Assembly: GCA_016183365.1 (NCBI GenBank)
Contig: JACPES010000003.1
Span: 539,154 to 588,265, forward strand
Origin: Candidatus Collierbacteria bacterium
Lineage (GTDB): Bacteria > Patescibacteriota > Microgenomatia > UBA1400 > JACPES01
DNA: 49,112 bases
Direction: 5' to 3'
Below the pieces are notes generated by a model, which saw only the letters and a program-made list of their open reading frames with translations, had not been told where the DNA came from and did no database searches. The position numbers and the translations under genes are program-made. The first letter of the stretch is position 1. Each line of letters starts with the position of its first letter. Shown here in pieces: positions 18,233-26,437 of this stretch.

Positions 18233-18609
18233 CTAGGCTTTCAGTTTGGTTAAGAGAAATTTGAATAAAGGTAAAAAGTTTGGAAGTTGAGAATAAATTT
18301 TATCTGCTAAATCCTGATTGTAGGTATGAACGGTTTGATTTCGCAAATCAACCATTGTTAACCAATTGTCTTCATATTCGATAATTCCCTGACGATATGC
18401 TTCGCGGAAAGCCTCCTTTGGAGAATTGACTAAAATCCCTTTTTTCTCTTCAAGATATGCTTTTAGGGTTATCCAAGCCAAATCAAGACTAAATTCAAAC
18501 CTTTGGATCGCCGAATCTTTTACCACATCAGACGGGATTAGCTTGAGAACTTCTTCCAATCGAATAATGGCTTGGGTTAATTGACGGTAATAGCTTCAAA
18601 TTTGCTCAT
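18233..18609 (-). pseudogene. HEPN-domain nucleotidyltransferase substrate-binding protein (HI0074-like), frameshifted near the 5' end
   Basis: ATG at 18609 gives MSKFE. The rest (YYRQLTQAIIRLEEVLKLIPSD...RNQTVHTY) is in another frame. The span is 377 nt (3n+2). Confidence 0.7.
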
Positions 18610-18912
18610 ATATACTCTTTATTATTATTTACCACTTGAATAAACTCTTTTGGAATTTGAGAAAAATCCACGATATCTATTTTATAGAGTATGGGAAGAT
18701 TTTCAACCTCGACTTTTATTTTTTCTAAAACCGAAAGTTGAATTGGTTCGGAACCCTCTAGTCCGACGTCAATATCTGAAGTCGGCCGGTAAGTGCCGGT
18801 AACCCTGGAGCCGAAAAAAGAAAGCCCGATAGACAGACATGTCTAAATGTTTTTCGAAAATACCAAGCAGGAGTGTTTTTAGAGTTTCCACGGGAAAATT
18901 TTCCAAAACCAT
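18606..18912 (-). pseudogene. minimal nucleotidyltransferase (MNT, HI0073-like), frameshifted in an A6/T6 run
   Basis: MVLENFPVETLKTLLLGIFEKHLDMSVYRAFFF, then a shift at 18814-18819 into GSRVTGTYRPTSDIDVGLEG...KIDIVDF (GS..DxD motif). The span is 307 nt (3n+1). Its TGA overlaps the HEPN ATG (ATGA). Confidence 0.7.
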
Positions 18913-19001
18913 ATTTTGATTGTACAACTTTCTAGGCAATCAATTTGAACCCTGACTGAATTAAAGCTATAATTTAAGGTTGCGAAATATTTTCATAAGT
19001 T

Positions 19002-19124
19002 ATGGATAAAGAAAAATTTATTGAAGTCATTGGGGCTCGACAACACCCCAAAGTACACTTTTTTCACCCCGGAGGCTTCCAGTCTAGCGCTCGCGAAGGG
19101 CGTAACTTCGGGGCAAGCAAATAA
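19002..19124 (+). pseudogene. orphan uvrA 5' fragment (MDKEKFIEVIGARQH) running into unrelated GC-rich sequence and a stop
   Basis: The first 15 codons match the canonical UvrA N-terminus (compare E. coli MDKIEVRGARTHNLKNI). The frame then reads PKVHFFHPGGFQSSAREGRNFGASK-stop. Confidence 0.5.
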
Positions 19125-19128
19125 CGCC

Positions 19129-21864
19129 ATGGAATATATTCAAGTTATTGGAGCTAAACAACATAACCTTAAGAATATTAATGTTAATATTCCCAAAAAT
19201 AAGCTAACGGTTATCACTGGTGTGTCTGGAAGCGGTAAGTCGTCTTTGGCGTTTGACACCATTTTTGCCGAGGGCCAAAGACGATATGTTGAGTCTTTGT
19301 CTTCATATGCCAGACAATTTTTAGGGATGATGAACAAACCCGATGTGGATAAAATCATCGGTCTGTCACCGACCATTGCCATCAATCAAAAAGCGGTTTC
19401 TTCAAATCCCAGAAGCACGATGGGGACGGTAACCGAAATATATGATTATTTACGGGTCTTATTTTCCCGCATCGGCCATCCGCATTGTTCTAAATGCGGC
19501 CGGGAAGTAAAACGCCAATCAGTCGATCAAATTTCCGATTCGATTCTGGATCAGGCTCAGCAATTGGTCGTAGGTCAAAAACCTTGTTTAATCGAAATTT
19601 TTTCCCCAATTGTCATCGATAAAAAAGGCGAGTTTAGCCAACTGTTTGAATCATTGCGCCGGGAGGGTTTTCGGGAAATCATCGTCGACGGCCAAAGATT
19701 TGAGTTATCCCGAAACTTCGTCCTGATTAAAACCAACCGCCATACCATTGAATTATCCATTGATAAAATTTCAGTAACTAAAAAAGATTATAAAAGTCCG
19801 TCCGGTTTAAAATTAATTTTCTCCCGTTTATCTGAAGATTTGGAACTGGCTTCTAAAAAATCCGGAGGGACTCTGTGGGCCGAATTTGACGGAAAAGGCA
19901 AAACCCTATTTTCCCAAAGTTTTGCTTGTCCGGAATGCAATATCTCTTTACCGGATATTGAACCGCGGAGTTTTTCGTTTAATACCCCTTACGGGGCCTG
20001 TCCTCAATGTGACGGACTCGGCACAATTCTCTCTGCTGATCCAGAGGCGGCACAAAAGATTCCCAATCTGCTAAACCGTTATTTGGAAACTGATAACGAA
20101 GCCATAAGAAAACGTTTAAACCCGTTTATTATCACTTCCGTTTGCCCTGACTGTCAGGGCCAAAGATTAAACAAAGTTTCCCGGAGCGTGACGGTTTTAG
20201 ATAAAAGCATCTCCGATATTTCCGGTCTGACTGTTAAGCAATGTTTAGAATTTATTCAAACTTTATCTGATTCCGGCAGTTTTTCATTATCGGAAAAAGC
20301 TGTGGCTGATCCGATAACAACAGAACTATCCGTCCGTTTAAAATTTTTAATTAACGTCGGATTGGACTATTTAACCTTGAACAGAACGGCTTCTTCACTG
20401 TCATCGGGCGAAGCTCAAAGAATAAGATTGGCGTCCCAAATCGGAACCGGCTTAACCGGAGTCTTGTACGTTTTGGACGAACCCACCATTGGCTTGCACC
20501 AGCGCGACAACTCTAAACTCATTAAAATTTTAAAAACCTTGCGGGATCTTGGCAATACGGTTTTGGTGGTGGAACACGATCAGGAAACCATTGAAAGCGC
20601 TGACTGGGTGATTGAAATCGGACCGAAAGCCGGAAATGACGGCGGGCATATTGTGGCAGAGGGAACGGTTGACCAAATAAAAAATAACCTTAAATCGCTG
20701 ACAGGAGCGTATCTATCTGGACGGAAGATCGTCCAAATTCAGAACACTCGGAATACTCAGAGTGTCGGAATGTCAGAGCATCGGACAATCAGAACGCCAG
20801 ATGATATTCCGACAATCAGACATTCTGACAATCTGATTTTTAGGCGTTCAGAGTTTTCTGAGTTTTCCGAATCAATAAAGCTCTCCGGTGCCTCACAACA
20901 TAATCTCAAATCAATCGACGTCGAATTTCCTCTTGGTAAATTCATTTGCGTTACCGGAGTTTCAGGCAGCGGGAAATCGACTCTAGTTCACGACACCCTG
21001 TATCACGTTTTGGCCCGGAGGTTGAACCGCTACCATCATTCATCCCCTGGAAAATTCGATAGCTTTTCATTGCCCAGCGCTGTCCGTCAGGTCAGCTTAA
21101 TTGACCAAAGTCCAATTGGAAGGACTCCACGATCTAATCCAGCCACCTATAGCGGAGTGTTTGATTATATCCGCCAAATTTTTGCTAATACCCGCGAATC
21201 TAAAATCAGGGGCTGGAAAACCGGCAGATTTAGTTTTAACGTTCCGGGAGGCAGGTGCGAAACCTGCGAAGGCCAGGGCCAAATAAAAGTTGAAATGCAA
21301 TTTATGCCGGATGTATACGTTACTTGCAATGACTGTCAGGGTTTAAGATTCGGCCGGGAAACTTTGGAAGTCATATATTCCGGCAAGAATATTGCCGAAA
21401 TTCTGAAATTAACCATTAATGAAGCCGTCGAGATGTTCGTGGGTTTTCCGGCCTTAAAATCCCGGCTGTCGATGCTGAAATCTGTCGGTTTGGGTTATTT
21501 GAGCCTAGGCCAACCGGCGACGATCTTGTCCGGCGGCGAAGCTCAAAGAATGAAATTATCCTGCGAACTGGGAAAAATACGTTCAGCCCATACTATTTAT
21601 ATTTTGGACGAGCCCACCACCGGTCTGCATTTTGACGATTTGCAAAAGCTGATTGAAGTCCTATTGAAATTAGTGAACCTAGATAATACGGTCATCGTGG
21701 TTGAGCACAATCTGGAGGTGATCAAAAACTCCCAATGGATAATTGATTTGGGACCGGAAGGCGGGGATGAAGGCGGAGAGGTAATCGCGGTCGGAACTCC
21801 GAGGGAAATTGCCAACAACCCCAGAAGCTACACTGGGCAATACTTGAAGAAAATGATAGACTGA
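19129..21864 (+). CDS. uvrA: excinuclease ABC subunit A
   Basis: The chosen start is MEYIQVIGAKQHNLKNINVNIP. Two ABC ATPase modules (GVSGSGKSSLAFDT and GVSGSGKSTLVHDT), LSGGEAQR twice, and zinc-finger cysteines. Confidence 0.95.
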   Translation: MEYIQVIGAKQHNLKNINVNIPKNKLTVITGVSGSGKSSLAFDTIFAEGQRRYVESLSSYARQFLGMMNKPDVDKIIGLSPTIAINQKAVSSNPRSTMGTVTEIYDYLRVLFSRIGHPHCSKCGREVKRQSVDQISDSILDQAQQLVVGQKPCLIEIFSPIVIDKKGEFSQLFESLRREGFREIIVDGQRFELSRNFVLIKTNRHTIELSIDKISVTKKDYKSPSGLKLIFSRLSEDLELASKKSGGTLWAEFDGKGKTLFSQSFACPECNISLPDIEPRSFSFNTPYGACPQCDGLGTILSADPEAAQKIPNLLNRYLETDNEAIRKRLNPFIITSVCPDCQGQRLNKVSRSVTVLDKSISDISGLTVKQCLEFIQTLSDSGSFSLSEKAVADPITTELSVRLKFLINVGLDYLTLNRTASSLSSGEAQRIRLASQIGTGLTGVLYVLDEPTIGLHQRDNSKLIKILKTLRDLGNTVLVVEHDQETIESADWVIEIGPKAGNDGGHIVAEGTVDQIKNNLKSLTGAYLSGRKIVQIQNTRNTQSVGMSEHRTIRTPDDIPTIRHSDNLIFRRSEFSEFSESIKLSGASQHNLKSIDVEFPLGKFICVTGVSGSGKSTLVHDTLYHVLARRLNRYHHSSPGKFDSFSLPSAVRQVSLIDQSPIGRTPRSNPATYSGVFDYIRQIFANTRESKIRGWKTGRFSFNVPGGRCETCEGQGQIKVEMQFMPDVYVTCNDCQGLRFGRETLEVIYSGKNIAEILKLTINEAVEMFVGFPALKSRLSMLKSVGLGYLSLGQPATILSGGEAQRMKLSCELGKIRSAHTIYILDEPTTGLHFDDLQKLIEVLLKLVNLDNTVIVVEHNLEVIKNSQWIIDLGPEGGDEGGEVIAVGTPREIANNPRSYTGQYLKKMID
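20734..20872 (+). repeat. in-frame low-complexity tract of TCAGA/TCGGA/TCCGA words inside uvrA
   Basis: The words tcagaac ctcggaat ctcagag gtcggaat gtcagag atcggac atcagaac attccgac atcagac attctgac ... ttcagag ttctgag ttccgaat encode about 45 extra residues before the second ATPase module. Confidence 0.75.
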
Positions 21865-21984
21865 ATTTTAAATTTTCAATTCTCAATTTACAATGAATTT
21901 ACAATGACAAAATTTTCGAAAGTTTGAAAATTGAGAAATTGTAACTTGATTGAAAATTGCAAATTGTAAATTGTAAATTTATCC
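21865..21984. repeat. intergenic dyad of ATTTACAAT / ATTGTAAAT and TTTTCAAT / ATTGAAAA words
   Basis: The left half (aattttcaattctcaatttacaatgaatttacaat) and right half (ttgaaaattgagaaattgtaac..attgcaaattgtaaattgtaaatt) mirror each other. Confidence 0.75.
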
Positions 21985-23844
21985 GTGTTTATCCGACTAC
22001 TAACATTTTCAATCTTTGCTATATTGTGGTTATCACTTCAGCCAACAAAGGTATTTGCGACTAAAGATTTTTCCACCTCTTTTGATTCCACTTATGAAAT
22101 CGGAGAAAATATTTCTACCAAGGTTGTCCATCAAATTTCTCTGACAAATTTAAAGCCAAATTCCTATGCTTCCGAGTTTACTTTGATTATCGGGAGCACT
22201 AATTTGGACTCAATCACTGCCCGCGACAATTCCGGATTGTTGCCGGTCGCAATTAATCAGAAAGATAACGGGGTGGCGGTCAGCGTTAACCTGAAATCCA
22301 GGCCGGCCTTAGGCCTTAACCAAAAAAAGGAATTTACCATCCGCTATGACAGCCGCGACACCGCTCAAAAAGTCGGAAAAATAATTGAAGTCAATATTCC
22401 CAAACTCTCCAATTCCAAGGAATTCGATTCATTTACCACCAATTTATTAGTTCCGGCAAAGTTCGGTTCGCCTTCGTTAATGGTCCCGGAACCTGCAGCC
22501 AAAACTCCGACCGCTCAATATTTAAGTTTCACTTTTGATCGAAACGATGAAACCGGAATTTCAGCTGTTTTCGGAACGACCCAATCATTTTCAGTTTTCC
22601 TCAAATATTTTATCAGTAATCCCGGCGGCAACCAGATCCAAAGTTCAATCGCTTTACCCCCGGATACGGCTTACCAAAGGGTGAGTATTGACCGGATTAA
22701 GCCCTTGCCTATTAAGCTGGAAGCTGATATTGACGGAAACTGGTTGGCATTTTATCAATTAAAGCCTCAACAAAAATTATCCATCGAAGCCGACTTAACC
22801 GTCGAAATTAAAATGGTTCCGCTGGGTCAAAATTTCCCACAACCTTTGCCGGAACACTTGCAGCCATCGGTTTTCTGGCAATCTGATGATCCGGAAATAT
22901 TAGCTTTAGCTGTTAAATTAAAAACTCCTAAAGAAATTTACGATTACGTCGTTTCTAATTTAACCTATGATTACACCAGAGCTGAAAAAAGAAATGAAAG
23001 AAAGGGGGCTAAATCAGCTTTAAAAAATCCGGGTTCAGCCATATGCACGGAATTTACCGATTTGTTTATCGCTCTTTCCCGGGCAGCCGGGATTCCGGCC
23101 CGTGAATTAGAAGGTTTCGCTTGGACCGAAAATCCAAAGTTGAGACCATTATCATTGTCGGGAGATATTTTGCACGCTTGGCCGGAATATTGGGACAAAG
23201 ACAGAAACCTGTGGGTGCAGGTTGACCCGACTTGGGGGAATACTACAGGATTAATAGATTATTTCACTAAACTCGACTTTAATCATATTGTATTTGCCAT
23301 TCATGGAAAATCCGATACGACTCCATTACCGGCCGGATTTTATAAGACCGATGAAAGCCAGAAAAAAACCGTCGCAGTTACTCCTAAAAACGTTTCGTTA
23401 GATTTTACCCAAGAACCCGAGGCTCAAATTTTTATTCCCAATACTTTGCCAACCTATTTGTTCAACCGAATTTCAGTCATGCTTACAAATCAACAATCCT
23501 ACGCCCAGTATAAAATTCCGGTATCAATTCTGGTCCCTGGAGCTGAAGTTAAAATCAACAGCCCGTCCGAAACCAACCTTTTGCCTTGGGAAACAAAATC
23601 GCTGGAGTTCAAAATTAAACCCCGAGACCTGTGGATGAATAAACCGCTGCCCATAACGGTTAGAATAGGCCTTAAGACCTATGAATATCAACCAAAAGCG
23701 GTTTCTCCGCTTAAACCCATCATCGGAATTTTCATTGGATCCGCGGCGATTTTCGCCGTCATCCTTGCCCTCCGCTCCGGGAATATACGCCTTCCTGGAT
23801 TCCTGCGGAATTCCCATTTATATCGGGAAATCAAAAAATCTTAG
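21985..23844 (+). CDS. secreted transglutaminase-like domain protein with a C-terminal TM anchor
   Basis: GTG start and signal-like N-terminus. The Cys-His-Asp core is CTEFTDLFIALSRAAGIPAR ... HAWPEYW ... VQVDPTW. The TM segment IIGIFIGSAAIFAVILAL lies near the end. Confidence 0.75.
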   Translation: MFIRLLTFSIFAILWLSLQPTKVFATKDFSTSFDSTYEIGENISTKVVHQISLTNLKPNSYASEFTLIIGSTNLDSITARDNSGLLPVAINQKDNGVAVSVNLKSRPALGLNQKKEFTIRYDSRDTAQKVGKIIEVNIPKLSNSKEFDSFTTNLLVPAKFGSPSLMVPEPAAKTPTAQYLSFTFDRNDETGISAVFGTTQSFSVFLKYFISNPGGNQIQSSIALPPDTAYQRVSIDRIKPLPIKLEADIDGNWLAFYQLKPQQKLSIEADLTVEIKMVPLGQNFPQPLPEHLQPSVFWQSDDPEILALAVKLKTPKEIYDYVVSNLTYDYTRAEKRNERKGAKSALKNPGSAICTEFTDLFIALSRAAGIPARELEGFAWTENPKLRPLSLSGDILHAWPEYWDKDRNLWVQVDPTWGNTTGLIDYFTKLDFNHIVFAIHGKSDTTPLPAGFYKTDESQKKTVAVTPKNVSLDFTQEPEAQIFIPNTLPTYLFNRISVMLTNQQSYAQYKIPVSILVPGAEVKINSPSETNLLPWETKSLEFKIKPRDLWMNKPLPITVRIGLKTYEYQPKAVSPLKPIIGIFIGSAAIFAVILALRSGNIRLPGFLRNSHLYREIKKS

Positions 23845-25081
23845 GAGCAGGGTCAAATCTTACTTTGCCCTAAACAAGTATTCTCCTTCAAAAACCGGAT
23901 TGATGGTAGGTAAGGCTAGACGCCTGACAGTTTATCCCTTAAAGTCGGAATTTTTGGCTTTACTAAAAGAGGCGGAGATGATCCGAGAATTTAAACCAAA
24001 ATATAATATCAGCCTTAAGGATGACAAAACTCCAAGTTTTATCGTAATCACAAAAAATAAGAATAATCCTGAAGTTATTATTGTCCGGCAAAATCAGCTT
24101 ACTAAATTTAACAATTCTGATATTTTTGGTCCATTTTTGTCTTCAAGATCATTAAGAACCGTTCTGAAGATCGCCAAAAGGATTTTTCCGTATTGCGACC
24201 GGCCAAATCAGAGTGTGAATAAGAAACCTTGTTTTTATTATCATCTCAATCTTTGTCCGGGAATTTGTATCAGGGTGATAAGCCATAAAAGTTATCTCCG
24301 CCAAATTAAACGATTAACTTTGTTTTTAAGAGGTAATCATCAAAAATTGTTGCGTCAATTAACTATTGATATGAAGGTAAAATCTAAATCCCGCAATTAT
24401 GAAGCCGCCGGCAAAATCAGAGATCAAATCGAAGCCATAAATAATTTAAACACTGTAAACGCCTTTTCAGAATTTTCATCTTTAGAGTTGTCATTGCCAG
24501 GATTCCCGATAAAATCGGGTGGACGTGACGATCTATTTAAGGTAGATTCCCACGCCCCGATCAAATCGGGACTCGGAATGACAGGAGCGCAAAATTTAAA
24601 ATTGGCCGCAAGAATTGAAGGATATGATATCAGCCACCTGCAGGGCAAATGGGCTACAGCCTCGATGGTGGTTTTTATAAACGGCAAACCTGCCAAAGAA
24701 GAATATCGCCAATTCAGAATGGAAGGTCTCCCTTCGGCCGATGATCCTAAAATGTTGGCCGAAATTCTAGCCAGAAGATTTATGCACTCCGAGTGGGAAT
24801 TCCCGGATTTAATCATGATTGATGGAGGTGAACCACAGCTAAGAGAAATTTTGCGCGTCTTCGAAAAGCTTCCGGTTAAGTTGCCCCGGATGGTGGGCTT
24901 AGCAAAGGGAGAGAACACAATAATTATTCCTGAAAATGGTTCATATCAAAGAATAAATTTGCCAAAATTTAATCCCTGGCTCAAAATTCTGATGGCTCTC
25001 CGCGACGAAGCCCACCGTTTTGCCAGGCGTTATCATCACGCGTTGCGCCTGAAGTCATTAATAGGCCGTACCGGTCGCTGA
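23681..25081 (+). CDS. uvrC: excinuclease ABC subunit C (short form, no C-terminal (HhH)2 region visible)
   Basis: GIY-YIG (PGIYAFLDSCGIPIYIGKSKNLRSRVKSYF), Cys-rich segment, UVR motif (YEAAGKIRDQIEAI), RNase H-like endonuclease region (YDISHLQG ... RDEAHRFA). The start is uncertain: ATG 23681 or an in-frame TTG near 23735. Confidence 0.85.
   Translation: MNINQKRFLRLNPSSEFSLDPRRFSPSSLPSAPGIYAFLDSCGIPIYIGKSKNLRSRVKSYFALNKYSPSKTGLMVGKARRLTVYPLKSEFLALLKEAEMIREFKPKYNISLKDDKTPSFIVITKNKNNPEVIIVRQNQLTKFNNSDIFGPFLSSRSLRTVLKIAKRIFPYCDRPNQSVNKKPCFYYHLNLCPGICIRVISHKSYLRQIKRLTLFLRGNHQKLLRQLTIDMKVKSKSRNYEAAGKIRDQIEAINNLNTVNAFSEFSSLELSLPGFPIKSGGRDDLFKVDSHAPIKSGLGMTGAQNLKLAARIEGYDISHLQGKWATASMVVFINGKPAKEEYRQFRMEGLPSADDPKMLAEILARRFMHSEWEFPDLIMIDGGEPQLREILRVFEKLPVKLPRMVGLAKGENTIIIPENGSYQRINLPKFNPWLKILMALRDEAHRFARRYHHALRLKSLIGRTGR
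24489..24583 (+). repeat. in-frame ~95-nt element with TGTCATT...AATGACA termini and two internal cccga-N4-5-tcggg hairpins inside uvrC
   Basis: tgtcattgccaggattcccgataaaatcggg ... ccccgatcaaatcgggactcggaatgaca. It encodes LSLPGFPIKSGGRDDLFKVDSHAPIKSGLGMT between the UVR and endonuclease domains. Confidence 0.7.
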
Positions 25082-25105
25082 TGTATAATTCCCCGCTTAG
25101 TCCTT

Positions 25106-25831
25106 TTGGAGTCGCCGCCGCCGTACCGGCAAAGCCTGGAGATAGATATAGGGTCGCTAACCGGTCTTCTCGGCGTGGCCGGAGCCAAAGAAGACCAATT
25201 AAAACTTAGTTTCGAACGCCAGCAAAATGTTGTCCGCGCCGCACCGACTCACGCAGGACGACTGGCGACCACAACTAAAGAAACGCAGTTTATTGTATTC
25301 GATCCCCACCGACAAGAATTGAAGCTGACTATGTCTTATCCGGACAATGAGGTAAAAACACCAACGGCAACGGCGAAAAATCTATCACGGCGGCTAACCA
25401 GGACATTATCAATGGATCCGGCAACGCGAAGTACTTCACTAATTTACTAGAAGATATAGATGGTAAATCTGCGTCTGGCCGAGCAGTAGAATTAGCGCTT
25501 CATACTGTTCGAATGGTCGAAACCGCTCTGTGCACTCCTATCGTCTATGGAACTATTTCAAGTAGGAACAAATGCTCCGCGTCCTTGGGAAACGCTAGGA
25601 ATTATTGCCACAATGAATCTTTTAGACGTAACCTTTGATTTGCAACATGCTATATGGTTAATGCGTGGTGAGCTAACAGACGAAAAGAAAATTCCACTCG
25701 CGATAACTATCGCCGAGAAACCGTTAAGAGCTCTTTATCCTGTTTCTCTCGTCCACGAATGTCTGCTTCCGACAGCACGGATATTAACACATAATACTTT
25801 TACCTTAGCACAACTCCTCAAGGCAAACTAA
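25106..25831 (+). pseudogene. GC-rich block with three protein-like frame fragments (possible degraded foreign gene)
   Basis: ORFs 25106..25450 and 25547..25831, plus an unlisted frame (TNGNGEKSITAANQDIINGSGNAKYFTNLLEDIDGKSASGRAVELALHTVRMVETAL), follow each other in different frames. No family was recognised. Confidence 0.3.
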
Positions 25832-25935
25832 AAATGACTGTCAATACTTTTAAGCTATAGCGATGAAGTATAGACATTCGTTAATAAGTTAACATTAATG
25901 CCACTTGACTCTAGCATTAAAAGATTTCTATAATT

Positions 25936-25961
25936 ACTTCAATTATTTAAATAATTGAAGT
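25936..25961. repeat. P2a: 26-nt perfect palindrome ACTTCAATTATTT/AAATAATTGAAGT
   Basis: Checked base by base. It ends 3 nt before the ATG (25965) of TrpR-like paralog 2. Confidence 0.9.
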
Positions 25962-25964
25962 CTT

Positions 25965-26414
25965 ATGCCCCAGATTTCTAAAAGATTCGTTAAGCCAGCG
26001 GTAAAAGAAAAGATTGATAATCTGTTTATTGAGTGTATTGCCGAGTGTAGAAATCAAAATGAAGCGGCTAATTTCATTAATGTTCTACTTACAAAAACTG
26101 AAAAAACAGTTATTGCCAAAAGAGTTGCCATTGCCCTAATGTTGACTAAAGGCTATACCGCTACAGATATTGATGAAAAGTTAAAAGTTTCTCTAGCTAC
26201 TGTTTATACTGTTAAATATTGGCTGGAAGAAAAAGGCAGCGAGATTAACGCGATTCTAACCAAAATTGCCAAGCGCGACCAGCGGCAGGAGTTAGATAAT
26301 CAGGAATTCCAAAGAGAAGCCGATAGTCTATTTCCACCGCCTCCCGGCACAAATTGGAGAAACTACCGCCGTTTCCAGAACGAAAAAATCCTTAAAACCT
26401 CTGCCCCATTCTAG
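25965..26414 (+). CDS. TrpR-related YerC/YecD-family HTH protein (paralog 2, 149 aa)
   Basis: LLTKTEKTVIAKRVAIALMLTKGYTATDIDEKLKVSLATVYTVKYWL. It is collinear with ORF 1140..1589 over its whole length, including the C-terminal TNW..RR....K......PF tail. Confidence 0.7.
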   Translation: MPQISKRFVKPAVKEKIDNLFIECIAECRNQNEAANFINVLLTKTEKTVIAKRVAIALMLTKGYTATDIDEKLKVSLATVYTVKYWLEEKGSEINAILTKIAKRDQRQELDNQEFQREADSLFPPPPGTNWRNYRRFQNEKILKTSAPF

Positions 26415-26437
26415 ATGAAAGAAACGTTTTTACTTTG

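Noticed and set aside
19021-19128. Upstream extension of uvrA from a TTG (MKSLGLDNTPKYTFFTPEASSLALAKGVTSGQANNA)
   Set aside because: The canonical UvrA N-terminus begins at Met 19129. The extension reads through the GC-rich insert and the orphan 5' fragment in a different frame.
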